Assembly: GCA_963818455.1 (NCBI GenBank)
Contig: CAWFSE010000001.1
Span: forward strand, 75,959 to 139,958
DNA from: an uncultured Actinomycetota bacterium
GTDB lineage: Bacteria > Actinomycetota > Actinomycetes > CAVWCF01
Direction of reading: 5' to 3'
DNA length: 64,000 bases
Part shown: positions 49,542 to 59,228 of the stretch, in pieces
Numbering within the stretch: the stretch's first letter is position 1
How the letters are laid out: every line of letters begins with the position of its first letter
Notes under the pieces: generated by a model
Told to the model about the DNA's origin: nothing
Database searches by the model: none
Seen by the model: the letters and a program-made list of their open reading frames with translations, nothing else
Translations under genes and position numbers: made by a program

Positions 49542-49614
49542 TGGGCCCCGCGGGGATCGAACCCGCAACCCGCGGATTAAAAGTCCGCTGCTCTGCCAAT
49601 TGAGCTAGAGGCCC
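49542..49614 (-). tRNA. tRNA-Lys: tRNA-Lys (anticodon UUU)
   Basis: The minus strand reads GGGCCTCTAGCTCAATTGGCAGAGCAGCGGACTTTTAATCCGCGGGTTGCGGGTTCGATCCCCGCGGGGCCCA. It has a 7-bp acceptor stem, an anticodon stem GCGGA/TCCGC with loop CTTTTAA, and a GGTTCGATCC T-arm. No CCA is encoded. Confidence 0.95.
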
Positions 49615-49783
49615 TTGCGGGGCATGAGTGTAGGCGTGCCGCAGACGTCGGGCCCGATGGCTGCGCGAGGTCGCTGAGGCGACGGTCGTCGCGCCGGACA
49701 GCCCGGCCTGGACGCGGCCGGACCGGCTGTAGCGTGCCGCGCGTCCGGCCGACGACACGCACCTCAACCGTTGGGAGCACCGC

Positions 49784-50332
49784 ATGTCCGCCGCCCACCG
49801 CTGGCTCGACCTGGCCAACCGCCCCACCGAGGCCCTGCCCAGGGACGCGCTCGAGGAGCGGATCGAGCGGGTCCTGACGCTGACGAACCTGGGATTCATG
49901 GCGACGGTCGGCCGCAACGGCCCGATCTGCAGCCCGGTGGAGTTCTACAGCGAGAACCTCGACATCTACATCTACCCGCAGCCGAACAGCCCGAAGGTCA
50001 AGGCGCTGCGCCGGGACCCGCAGATGTCGTTCGCCGTCGCGAATTCGATGGCGGGCTGGGCGAGCGCGTTCGGCGTGCAGCTGTTCGGCGCCGGCGAGCT
50101 GCTCGAGCCCGGGTCACCGGACTGGGAGCACGGCATGACGGTCTTCAAGTACCCCGCCTCGAACTGGGAGGTCGGCCGCCCCGTCGACCAGGTGCCCGAC
50201 GGGGAGCTGCTCCGGCTGCGGCCGGACCGGATCACCCTCACCGAGCACTTCCTGCGCCGGTCGGGCTTCGCGGCCCGGCAGTTCTGGGAGCGCGACCCCG
50301 CCGCGGCGACCACCCGGGTCGCCACGGTCTGA
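49784..50332 (+). CDS. Pyridoxamine 5'-phosphate oxidase-like FMN-binding split-barrel protein (intact)
   Basis: Intact 182-aa ORF: ..LTNLGFMATVGRNGPICSPVEFYSENLDIYIYPQPNSPKVKALRRDPQMSFAV.. Confidence 0.65.
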   Translation: MSAAHRWLDLANRPTEALPRDALEERIERVLTLTNLGFMATVGRNGPICSPVEFYSENLDIYIYPQPNSPKVKALRRDPQMSFAVANSMAGWASAFGVQLFGAGELLEPGSPDWEHGMTVFKYPASNWEVGRPVDQVPDGELLRLRPDRITLTEHFLRRSGFAARQFWERDPAAATTRVATV

Positions 50333-50367
50333 GCCGGCCGCCTCCGGCGGGCGCCGTCGCGCGGGGG

Positions 50368-51341
50368 TCAGACGGTGAGGACGAGCTTGCCGAGCGCGCG
50401 GCCCTCGTGCAGGTCGCGGACCGCGTCCGCGCCGGCGGCGAGCGGGTAGGTGCGTCCCACGTGCGGGACGACCGCGCCGGACTCCACCAGGGCGGTGAGC
50501 TCCTCCAGCTCGGCGAGCCGCTCGTGCGCGGTCACGCCCGGACAGCGACTGGCTCACGAACAGCGACGCGATCGGGGCCACCAGCAGGCGCCCGAAGCCG
50601 CCGAGCACCTTGCCGCCGCCTTCGCCCCCGACGATGACGAGCCTGCCGCGCGGCGTCATCGCGCGGCGCAGCTGCCCCAGCGGCCGCCGCCCGGCGATGT
50701 CGATGATCACGTCGTACACCGGGCCGCGGGCGTCGACCTCCTCGACGGTGCGGTCGATCGCCTCGTCGGCGCCCAGCGCGGTCGACCGCCTCGAGGCGCT
50801 CGGGCGCCACCAGCGCCGGTGACGTGCGCCCCGGCGGCCTGGGCGATCTGGACGACGTACGAGCCGACCCCGCCTCCGGCGCCGGTCACCAGCACGCGCT
50901 CGCCCGGCCTGCACGCCGGCCTTGCGCACCGCCTCCACCGCCGTGATCCCGGACACCGGCATCGCCGCGGCCTGCTCGAAGGAGAGCCCGGCCGGCTTGT
51001 GCACGAGCTTGCCCTCCACGGCGACGGCGTACTCGGCGAAGGCGGCGCGCCCGATGCCGAGCACCTCGTCGCCGACGGCGAACCGGGTGACCCCCGGGCC
51101 GACGGCCTCCACGACCCCGGCGAGGTCGAGGCCCGGCGTCGGGTTCTTCGGCGCGCGCAGCCCGAAGCCCATGCCGCGCACGAGGTACGGCATGCCGGCC
51201 ACGACGTGCCACACCCCGGCGTCGACGCCGGCCGCGCGCACGCGCACGAGGACCTCGCCGGCGCCGGCGGTCGGCACCTCGACGTCGCTGAGCGTCGAGC
51301 ACCTCGGGCGGGCCGTAGCGTTCCTGGGTCAGGGCCTTCAT
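50368..51341 (-). CDS. NADPH:quinone oxidoreductase (MDR family); frame-disrupted
   Basis: MKALTQERYGPPEVL (ORF 50886..51341), ..GEVLVRVRAAGVDAGVWHVVAGMPYLVRGMGFGLRAPKNPTPGLDLAGVV.. (ORF 50114..51277). The tail ..GRALGKLVLTV* lies in a shifted frame (stop 50368-50370). Confidence 0.8.
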
Positions 51342-51562
51342 GACTGCTCTCCATCGGGGTAGTCGAAGACGTCGTCCAGCGGTACGCCGAACGCACGTGC
51401 GATCTGGAACGCCATCTCCAGCGAGGGCGAGTAGCGGCCCTGCTCGATGGCGATGACGGTCTGGCGGGTCACCCCGAGCCGTTCGGCCAGCTCGGCCTGG
51501 GTCATCTCCGCGTGGGCGAAGCGCAGGGCGCGGATGCGGTTGGTCACCCGCGTGGGCCTCAC
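51338..51562 (-). CDS. XRE-family helix-turn-helix transcriptional regulator
   Basis: ..NRIRALRFAHAEMTQAELAERLGVTRQTVIAIEQGRYSPSLEMAFQIARAFGVPLDDVF.. GTG 51562 forms a GTGA overlap with the upstream gene, and the stop forms an ATGA overlap with the reductase gene. Confidence 0.85.
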   Translation of the reverse strand: MRPTRVTNRIRALRFAHAEMTQAELAERLGVTRQTVIAIEQGRYSPSLEMAFQIARAFGVPLDDVFDYPDGEQS

Positions 51563-51987
51563 CACTGGGGGAGCCCCCGCCGGTACGCGACGACCTTGGC
51601 GACGCCCTCGAAGATCGCCGACAGCGCGAAGCAGACGAAGATCACGTTGGCGATCCAGAACCAGTCCCACTCCGCCATCGCCATGGCCAGCGCGGCGACC
51701 GCGCCGATCACCACCCAGGCCTGCCCCATCCTGGTGCCGAAGGCGCTGATCTCCTTGTCGCGCTGGTCGCGGCGGAACGTGCGCTCGCCGCTGGCGATCG
51801 AGAAGGCGATGCTCAGCAGGATCGAGGCCGCGATCGACAGGCCGATCACCCACAGCATCGTCGACTGGTACGCCACGTCGACCAGCGGCCCGCCGTCGGC
51901 CTTGCCGAGCACGAGGACGACGTAGGTGAGGAACCCTGCGACCCCCACCAGCAGTTGCGCCCAGGTGTTCCGCTCGTCGTAGCTCAT
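51559..51987 (-). CDS. Small 4-TM membrane protein partnered with the XRE regulator
   Basis: ATG 51987 follows GAGGAG. MSYDERNTWAQLLVGVAGFLTYVVLVL..MLWVIGLSIAASILLSIAFSI..AWVVIGAVAALAMAMA..IANVIFVCFALSAIFEG.. Confidence 0.65.
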   Translation of the reverse strand: MSYDERNTWAQLLVGVAGFLTYVVLVLGKADGGPLVDVAYQSTMLWVIGLSIAASILLSIAFSIASGERTFRRDQRDKEISAFGTRMGQAWVVIGAVAALAMAMAEWDWFWIANVIFVCFALSAIFEGVAKVVAYRRGLPQW

Positions 51988-52003
51988 CGGGACGCTCCTC
52001 GTC

Positions 52004-52056
52004 ATGTCAGAAATGTTTGACATCTCGAACGTAAAGCAACACGGACACCGTGTCAA
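52004..52056 (-). promoter_or_regulatory. Promoter plus palindromic operator of the membrane-protein/XRE/reductase operon
   Basis: Minus strand: TTGACA (52056-52051), a 17 nt spacer, then TACGTT (52033-52028). The palindrome ATGTCA-N8-TGACAT (52004-52023) lies just downstream. A second palindrome GACAC-C-GTGTC is at 52044-52054. Confidence 0.4.
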
Positions 52057-52121
52057 CTTTTCTTGACATACCGCGGCCAGCCGCGGGAGGAGGTGAAGGC
52101 GGCGTCCGGCACACTGGGCCG

Positions 52122-52614
52122 GTGACTGACCTGCTGGCCCTGTCGGCCGACCTGCCCGTGGCGGCCGTCTCGGCCGGGACCGCGCTCATCGAGGAGGGCT
52201 CCGCGCCGTCCCGGATGTACGTGCTCGTCTCGGGGTCGATGACCGATCGAGCGCGACGGGGTCGCCTTCGCCCGCATCGACTCGCCCGGCGCGGTCTTCG
52301 GCGAGATGTCGGTGGTGCTCGGCCGGCCGGCCACGGCGACCGTGCGCGCCACGACCGACGTCGACGTGCACGTCATCGACGACCCCGAGGGCTTCCTGGT
52401 CGAGCGGCCGGGTGCGGCGCTCAGCGTCCTGCGCACGACGGCCGCGCGCCTCGACGGGCTCACCCAGTACCTCGTGGACGTCAAGGCGCAGTTCGCCGGG
52501 CAGGAGGGCCACCTGGGGATGGTCGACCAGATCCTGGACACCCTGGTCCACCACCAGGCGCCGCCCGCCCGTACGGGCTCGGTCCGCGACCCCGAGGGCG
52601 ACCACCAGCACTGA
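52122..52614 (+). CDS. Stand-alone cyclic-nucleotide-binding-domain protein; one frameshift
   Basis: ..AGTALIEEGSAPSRMYVLVSGSM..GAVFGEMSVVLGRPATATVRATTDVDVHVI.. (cNMP-binding beta-roll with FGE..R-ATA motif). No DNA-binding domain follows. The start is uncertain. Confidence 0.65.
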
Positions 52615-52642
52615 GGCGCGGCAGGGCTCGGGCGTCCGCCGC

Positions 52643-53362
52643 TCAGAGGCTGATCGAGTCCACCTCGAACACCCCGAACCACTCGGCGGTCCCCGCCTCG
52701 GTGTCGAGGGTGATGTGCGGCGGCACCTTGCCCATCTGCTTGCCGGCGTTGAAGACCCAGGTCTCGCCGAGACGCGCGTGCCACGAGCCGCCCTCGACCC
52801 ACGGCGCCTGGTGGATGTGCCCGCACAGCACGATGTCCGGCCGGTGCTCGTCGATCCAGCCGGCGAGGTCGTGGTCGGGGAAGTCGCGTCGGCCGTCGTG
52901 GCAGAGCACCGTGCCGGCCGGAGGCGAGTGGTAGAGCCAGATCCAGCGCTCGGGGCGATCCCGCGCCGCCTCGGCGAGCTGATCGGCGACGGCCTGCCTG
53001 GTGGCCGGGCCGTCCCACCAGGGGCAGATGGTGAACCGCGTGCCGTCGAGGTCGACCGACGTCCCGTCGACGTGGACGCGGGCCTCCGCCGGCCGCCTGC
53101 AGCCAGGCCGCCACCTGCTCGCCGTGCGGCGCCCGGGCCGTCGAGGTCGTGGTTGCCGGACGACGCCAGCACCGTGGCCTTCTCCGCCAGCAGGCCGAGG
53201 TACTTCTCCAGCACCACCACCTGCACGGTGAACGGCACCGCGTTGACCACGTCGGCGAGGTCGCCCACCAGGGCCACGACGTCGACGTCGTCGGCCGCCG
53301 TGCACCAACCAGTCGTAGTGCGGAAGGCGGTAGTGGAGGTCCGACACCACGAGGATCCGCAC
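52643..53362 (-). CDS. Metallophosphoesterase (calcineurin-like); frame-disrupted
   Basis: GTG 53362. RILVVSDLHYR..VVALVGDLADV..LASSGNHDLDG..DIVLCGHIHQAPW..WVFNAGK (ORFs 52643..53791 and 52186..53493). Confidence 0.8.
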   Translation of the reverse strand: MRILVVSDLHYRLPHYDWLVHGGRRRRRRGPGGRPRRRGQRGAVHRAGGGAGEVPRPAGGEGHGAGVVRQPRPRRPGRRTASRWRPGCRRPAEARVHVDGTSVDLDGTRFTICPWWDGPATRQAVADQLAEAARDRPERWIWLYHSPPAGTVLCHDGRRDFPDHDLAGWIDEHRPDIVLCGHIHQAPWVEGGSWHARLGETWVFNAGKQMGKVPPHITLDTEAGTAEWFGVFEVDSISL

Positions 53363-53426
53363 GAGGCGGGAGTCTGCCGCACCCGGCACCCGCGCCCGCG
53401 CCACCGGGCGGGCCGACCGCCGGCGG

Positions 53427-53807
53427 CTACGCGGGCAGGGGGGACCGCAGCAGGCAGAACTCGTTGCCCTCGGGGTCGGCCAGCACGTGCCACGTTCGTC
53501 GCCGGTCTGCCCGATGGCCGCCGGGCGGGCGCCGGCCCGCAGCAGCCGTTCGAGCTCGGCCGCCTGGTCGCACCCCACCGGGCTCACATCGAAGTGCAGC
53601 GGCAGCTTCGCGCGGCGCGGGTCGCTTGAGGGGCTGAAGACGATCGTCGGCTGGAGGCCGCCGAACCCCACACTCCGGTGGGCCGATCTCGACGCTCCCG
53701 TCCTCCTCCCGCCCCAAGACCACGAAGCCCAAGACCTCGCACCAGAACGCCGCGAGCGCCTCTGGGTCGCGCGCGTCGACGACCAGCTCACTGATCCGGC
53801 AGGCCAC
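53427..53807 (-). CDS. VOC (glyoxalase/bleomycin-resistance fold) family protein; frame-disrupted
   Basis: MACRISELVVDARDPEALAAFWCEVLGFVVLGREEDGSVEIG.. and ..TWHVLADPEGNEFCLLRSP (ORF 53427..53807). The middle part ..LQPTIVFSPSSDPRRAKLPLHFDV.. lies in the frame of ORF 52643..53791. Confidence 0.75.
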   Translation of the reverse strand: MACRISELVVDARDPEALAAFWCEVLGFVVLGREEDGSVEIGPPECGVRRPPADDRLQPLKRPAPREAAAALRCEPGGVRPGGRARTAAAGRRPPGGHRADRRRTWHVLADPEGNEFCLLRSPLPA

Positions 53808-53816
53808 GAGCGGGAC

Positions 53817-54658
53817 CTACTTGTCCGGTCCGGAGAGGTCGGCCGCGCGGTCGCCGTGGCCGGTCCACGTCGACATCATCGTGCCGCCGCCGAACAGCCC
53901 CACCACCCGGTCGAAGATCGGGGTGGGCAGCGCCTGCAGCACCGGGCGCGAACTTCGACAGCCAGGGGATCAGCACGATCGCCTTGCGCTTGGACACCCC
54001 GTCGACCGTCGCCTTCGCGACGTCCTCCGCCGTCAGGAGCGTGGTGAGCCGCAGCGGCGGCACCCCCTCGAACAGCCCGGTGTCGACCACGCTGGGGCAG
54101 ATCGTGGTCACCCCCACGTGGTCGTGGCCGAGCTGGGCCATCTCGACCCGCAGCGACTCGGTGAACCCGATGGCCGCCCACTTGCTCGCGCCGTAGCTCG
54201 TCCCGAAGGGAGCCGGCCCCCACCCCGCGACGCTCGCCACGGTCACCACAGCCGCCTTGGGCCGCTCGATCAGCCCGGGGAGGAACGCGTGGGTCACCGC
54301 GATCACGCCCTCGGTGTTCACCCGGATCGTCCGCAGGTGCTGCTCGAGGGGCACCTCGAGGAAGGCGCCGCCGGCGACGGTGCCCGCGTTGTTCACGAGG
54401 ATGTCGACGGCGCCGAGCTCGTCGGCGATCCGGTCGCGCACCGCGAGGATCTCGTCGAGATCGGTGACGTCGAGCCGGTACGCGGTCGCGGTCACCCCGG
54501 TCGGCGCGCATCTGCTCGGCCGCGGCCCGCGCGCCGACCTCGTCGAGGTCCGCCAGCACCACCTCGGCGCCGCGATCGGCGAACTCCGCGGCGATGGCGA
54601 GGCCGATCCCGGCCGCCCCGCCCGTCACGAGTACGCGGGCACCTCGGTAGCTGCTCAT
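53817..54658 (-). CDS. SDR-family oxidoreductase; frame-disrupted
   Basis: ATG 54658 follows GAGGAG. ARVLVTGGAAGIGLAIA..ILVNNAGTV..YGASKWAAIG (YxxxK). ORF 53788..54495 plus shifted N- and C-terminal pieces. Stop 53817-53819. Confidence 0.8.
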
Positions 54659-54976
54659 CTCGACTCCTCGGCTCGCCAGGGGACGCGGCCATCCGGGCTC
54701 CGGTCCGCAGCCCTCGTTCTCTCGCAGGCTAACGCGGCGACTCCCCGACTGCGTGCCGAGGGCCGGTGTGGCCAGGAACACCCTCCGCCGATAGCAGGGT
54801 TTGGGCCAGGTGCGGGGACACTGGAGGTGAACCCAACGAGAGGAATCCAATATGCGCATCTTCAAGCGAACCCGCAGTGCCTCCGCAGGCAGTGTCGCCG
54901 ACGCCCGGCACACGGCCCGATCGAGCGCGCTCGGCACCGCCAACGCCATCATCACCGCCTCCGGGCGCCTCATGGC

Positions 54977-55540
54977 GTGCACCCGCTAGACCCACCCGCG
55001 GTCCTCTCGGGACCACGGCTCGACCTCGTCCTGGTCACCGTCGAGCAGCTGCTCAGCCGGGCCGAGGGCGGCGGCGAGCCCGTCCCGCTCCCGTACGACG
55101 ACCCCGACGACGTCCTCAACCCCGACCGGTCCGCGCTGCGCTTCCGGGTCGCGCAGGTGCGCGAGGACCCGTCGGTCAACCCCTGGCTGATCCGCCTGGC
55201 GGTGCTCCGCGAGACCGGGCGTCATCGTCGGCAACGGCGGCTTCCACGACCGGCCGGACGCGCCGCGGGATGGTCGAGGTCGGCTACACCGTGCTGGCGC
55301 AGGCACCGCCGCCAGGGGTACGGCCGCGAGCTGGCCGAGACGCTGTGGACGTACGCCGCGAGCCATCCCGACGTCCGCGTGCTGCGGGCCAGCGTGAGCC
55401 CGGACAACGCGGCGTCGCTCGCGATCATCCGCGGCGCGGGGCTCGTGCACGTCGGCGAGCAGGACGACCCCGAGGACGGCCTGGAGTGGGTCTTCGAGAT
55501 CCCCGCCGCGGACTACCGCCCGCCCGCCGACCGGCGCTGA
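54977..55540 (+). CDS. GNAT-family N-acetyltransferase; compensated frameshift
   Basis: Tail of ORF 54257..55540: ..WLIRLAVLRETG..(shifted: IVGNGGFHDRPDAAGMVEVGYTV)..HRRQGYGRELAETLWTYAASHPDVRVLRASVSPDNAASLAIIRGAGL.. The GTG 54977 start is tentative. Confidence 0.65.
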   Translation: MHPLDPPAVLSGPRLDLVLVTVEQLLSRAEGGGEPVPLPYDDPDDVLNPDRSALRFRVAQVREDPSVNPWLIRLAVLRETGRHRRQRRLPRPAGRAAGWSRSATPCWRRHRRQGYGRELAETLWTYAASHPDVRVLRASVSPDNAASLAIIRGAGLVHVGEQDDPEDGLEWVFEIPAADYRPPADRR

Positions 55541-55550
55541 ACGCTCGCCG

Positions 55551-57090
55551 CTACTGCGGCAGCATCCGGCGCAGGATCTTGCCGGACGCCGACTTCGGGA
55601 TCGCGTCGGTGAACTCGACTCGGCTGAGCCGCTTGTAGTGCGCGACCTGCTCGGCGACGAAGTCCCCGATCTCCTGCGCGGTGGCCTCCGCGCCCGGCCG
55701 CAGCACGACGAACGCCACCGGCACCTCGCCGGCCTCCGGGTCCGGACGGCCGACCACGGCGGCGTCGGCCACCGCCGGGTGGGTGAGCAGCAGCGCCTCG
55801 AGCTCGGCCGGCGGCACCTGGAAGCCCTTGTACTTGATGAGCTCCTTGAGCCGGTCGACGATGAAGAGGTGCCCGTCGGCGTCGATGTGGCCGATGTCGC
55901 CGGTGTGCAGCCAGCCGTCGCGGTCGATCGTGCTCTCGGTGGCCTGCGGGTTGTTGAGGTAGCCGCGTCATCACCTGCGGCCCGCGCACGCAGACCTCGC
56001 CGTCCTCGTCGACGCCGAGGTCGGCTCCGTTGGCGGGGTTGACGATCCGGGTCTCGGTGTTGGGGGCGGTGACGCCGACGGATCCGGGCTTGAACTGCCC
56101 GGGCGGGGTCAGGTGCGACACCGGCGACAGCTCGGTCATCCCGTACCCCTGCGCGACCTCGCAGCCGAGCCGCGCGCCCGCCTCGATCGCCAGCTCGGCC
56201 GACAGCGGCGCCGCGCCGGAGAAGACCTGCCGCAGCGCCGACAGGTCGTACGCGTCGACGAGCGGGTGCTTGGCCAGCGCCACCACGATCGGCGGGGCGA
56301 CGAACGAGCGGGTGATCCCGTGCTGCTGGTGCAGGCTCAGGAACTGCTCGAGGTCGAAGCGCGGCATCGTCACGACGGTCGCGCCGGCGCGCAGCCCGGT
56401 GTTCATCAGCACCTGCATGCCGTAGATGTGGAAGAACGGCAGGACGGCGATGAACGTCTCGTCCTCGGCGATATCGGCGCGGAGAGCACCTGGGCGATGT
56501 TGGCCACCAGGTTGCCGTGCGTCAGCATGACGCCCTTGCTCAGGCCGGTCGTGCCCGACGAGTACGGCAGCGCGACCAGGTCGTCGGCCGAGACCGCGAC
56601 GTGCTCGGCCAGCGGCGCGCCGAACAGCGACGCCAGCGGGAGGGCGCCCTCGGCCTCCCCGATCACGACGATCTCGCGCACCGCCGTCTCGGCGGCGCCC
56701 TCGGTGGCCACCTCGAGGAACATCGGGATCGTGATGAGCATCGTCGCCCCGGAGTCGACGAGCTGGTGGTGCACCTCCTGGTGCGTGTAGGTCGGGTTGA
56801 TCGTGGTGACGACTCCCCCGGCCATCGCGACGCCGTGGAAGACGACCGCGTACTCGGGGATGTTCGGGCGCCAGCAGCGCGACCACCTCGCCCTTGGCGA
56901 AGCCCCGCGCCACCAGACCGCCCGCCAGCGAGCGGATCGCGCCGTCCAGCGCGGCGTACGTGAGGGTGCGCCCGGTCGGCCCGTCGACCAGGGCCGGCTT
57001 GTCGCCCAGCTCGGCGGCGCGCGCCATGACGTACGTCGTCAGCGGGAGGTCGGGGATCTCGACGGGCGGGAGCGGGCTGGCGAACGGCAT
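55551..57090 (-). CDS. AMP-dependent acyl-CoA synthetase/ligase (4-coumarate-CoA-ligase-like); frame-disrupted
   Basis: ..[21 protein letters not shown].. (AMP-binding motif, ORF 56406..56825), ..[11 protein letters not shown].., ..[33 protein letters not shown].. The tail ..[16 protein letters not shown] lies in ORF 55551..55817. Confidence 0.85.
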
Positions 57091-57120
57091 GGCGGTCTCC
57101 TCGGAGGGGGTTGCCGAAGG

Positions 57121-57975
57121 CTACTGCGGGTCGAGCCGCTCGACCTGAATCGCGGGCGGCTCGGGCAGCCGGCCGGTCACCGCGCGACCGGCCGCGCCGG
57201 CGACGTGCTTGGCGATCCCGGCCGGGCCGAGCAGCCGCAGGCTCTTCGGCGGGCTGGGGCGGTCGAGCGCGTCGACGAGCGCGGCCGCGGCGACGTCCGG
57301 CGGCTCGCCGAAGATCCGGGTGATGGTCGGGTACGGCCTCATCGCCCGCTCGCCGTCCTCGCCGACGACCCGGGGGGCCATCAGCATGTCGGTGAGCATC
57401 ATCCCGGGGTTGAAGCCGACGATCCGGATGCCGGTGTCGCGGTACTCCGCCTGCAGGCTGCGGGTGAACGAGCGCGCCCACGCCTTGCTCGCGCCGTACG
57501 GGCTGGTGTGCGGGGTGGCCCGCACGTCGTCGCCGCGGCCCAGCATGTTGACCAGCACCCCGCTGCCGCCCTGGGCGAGCATCCGGGCCATCGCGGCGCG
57601 CGAGCCGTAGTAGGTGCCCAGGACGTTGACCGCGATGCTGCGCTCGAACTCGGCCGGGTCCAGGTCGAACGAGCGGCCGACCGGGGTCGCGGCGGCGGCG
57701 TTGTTGACCCAGATGTCGAGGCGGCCGAACGCCTCCACCGCGGCCGCGGCCAGGCCCTCGACCTGTGCGGGGTCGGTGACGTCGCCGGGCGCGACCACCG
57801 CCTCGGCGCCGCGCTCGCGCAGCTCGGCGGCGAACTGCTCCGACTCCTCCGGCCACGGGCTGGAGACCACGGCCCGCGCCCCGCGATCGGCCAGCTGGCC
57901 GACCAGCACGCGGCCGAAGCCGCGCGTGCACCCGGTCACGACGACCGACCTGCCGGACAACCTCGACGCAGACAT
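57121..57975 (-). CDS. SDR, second NYC1/NOL-like member (intact)
   Basis: Intact 284-aa ORF: SVVVTGCTRGFG..LDIWVNNAAAA..YGASKAWA..FNPGMMLTDMLM, then a C-terminal extension ..ITRIFGEPPDVAAAALVDAL..SLRLLGPAGIAKHV.. resembling that of 8500..9373. Confidence 0.75.
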   Translation of the reverse strand: MSASRLSGRSVVVTGCTRGFGRVLVGQLADRGARAVVSSPWPEESEQFAAELRERGAEAVVAPGDVTDPAQVEGLAAAAVEAFGRLDIWVNNAAAATPVGRSFDLDPAEFERSIAVNVLGTYYGSRAAMARMLAQGGSGVLVNMLGRGDDVRATPHTSPYGASKAWARSFTRSLQAEYRDTGIRIVGFNPGMMLTDMLMAPRVVGEDGERAMRPYPTITRIFGEPPDVAAAALVDALDRPSPPKSLRLLGPAGIAKHVAGAAGRAVTGRLPEPPAIQVERLDPQ

Positions 57976-57981
57976 ACCGCT

Positions 57982-58024
57982 CCCCCTAGGTGCTCGGTCA
58001 CTGCTGACCGAGCACCCTAGGGGG
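57982..58024. terminator. Near-perfect 19-bp hairpin with a 4-nt loop
   Basis: CCCCCTAGGTGCTCGGTCA-CTGC-TGACCGAGCACCCTAGGGGG. It lies between the stop of the upstream minus-strand membrane-protein gene and ATG 57975. Its arm contains the GGGGAG Shine-Dalgarno of the SDR gene. Confidence 0.55.
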
Positions 58025-58032
58025 AAGGGCGA

Positions 58033-59175
58033 TCACAGGGTCGCGAGAAGGGCGATCGCGGCGGCTGTGCCGACCGCCACCACCCCGGCCAACGCCAGGG
58101 CCACCTTGGGCGGGCCCTCCCGCAGGTCACGGCCGGACTTCGGCGGCCGGAGCCGCGGTGCGCGAGCGCCGCGCGGTCAGGACGGCCGTGACGACCAGCA
58201 GGATGCCGACGATCGAACAGCGCGATCGCGGCGGAGAGCTCGCCGGGGAAGAAGGTCTCGACGACGCGAGGCAGCGTCAGCAGGGTCGCCGAACGAGGCC
58301 AGGCCGAGCAGCGGCAGGTCGCGCAGCGCCACGGCGGCGGCGACCAGGCCCACCACCGTCACGAGGGCCAGGACCGCGGCCCACTCCTGGCCGCCGAGGG
58401 CCATCGCCCCGACGATGGCCACCGCGGAGCCGAGCCACATGCCGGCGCGCCGGGTCTGGATGATCCCGCCCCAGGCGAGCAGGGCCCAGACCAGGCCGAG
58501 CCCCCAGACCGCGAGCCCGAGCAGGCTGGCCGAGGGCTCGCCTTCGACCTCGGTCACCTCGATCATCGAGGCGAGGGTGCCCACGCCGGCCGCCAGCAGG
58601 CCCAGCACCACCAGGTGCTGCGGCAGCCGCCGGTGGAAGAACCACAGCACGCCGGAGTACGCCGCGGCGACGAGGGTGGCGAAGGCGACGCCCTCCTCGT
58701 TCTGCCAGCCGATGACCAGATCGGCCACCAGCACCAGCGCGCCCACCATGGCCGCCGAGGAGCGCGGCCCACAGCACGGAGCGCAGCCGCTCGGCCGGCG
58801 GGCCCAGCCGCTGCGGGACGGCGACGCCGGCCGCCAGCATGCAGCGCGGCGATCGCGAACACCAGGGCGATCTGCACGCCATCGGAGAACTCGTCCCAGA
58901 CGTTGCCCGCGACGAGCCCGGCGGCGACGAAGATCACGACGCCGCCGAGGTAGCCCAGCGCCTCGGTGACGAGGGATGCGCCGCGCGGATGCGGCGCGGG
59001 GGCCGCCGGAGCGCCGGGGGCCGGGGCGCCGAGGACGGCGTGCAGCCCCTCCGTCGGACCGGGTGGCCACGTCGATGCGGATCCGAGCTGCCTGCTCAGC
59101 AGTGATGAGTCCCCGCTCCACCCAGCCGTCCAGCTCGGTCGACAGGTCAGGCATGGAGGACAGGCTTGTACCCAT
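58033..59175 (-). CDS. Polytopic membrane protein (DUF2157-like N-terminus); frame-disrupted
   Basis: ATG 59175. ..MPDLSTELDGWVERGLITAEQAARIRIDVA.., then many TM segments (ORFs 58177..60336, 58563..58937, 58277..58882). The 3' end is either 58127 or 58033 depending on frame. Confidence 0.5.
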
Positions 59176-59228
59176 ACCTTCAGCGTGCTCGCCCCGCGCC
59201 TCGGGCGGCAGAGGACAAGTGCCTGCGG

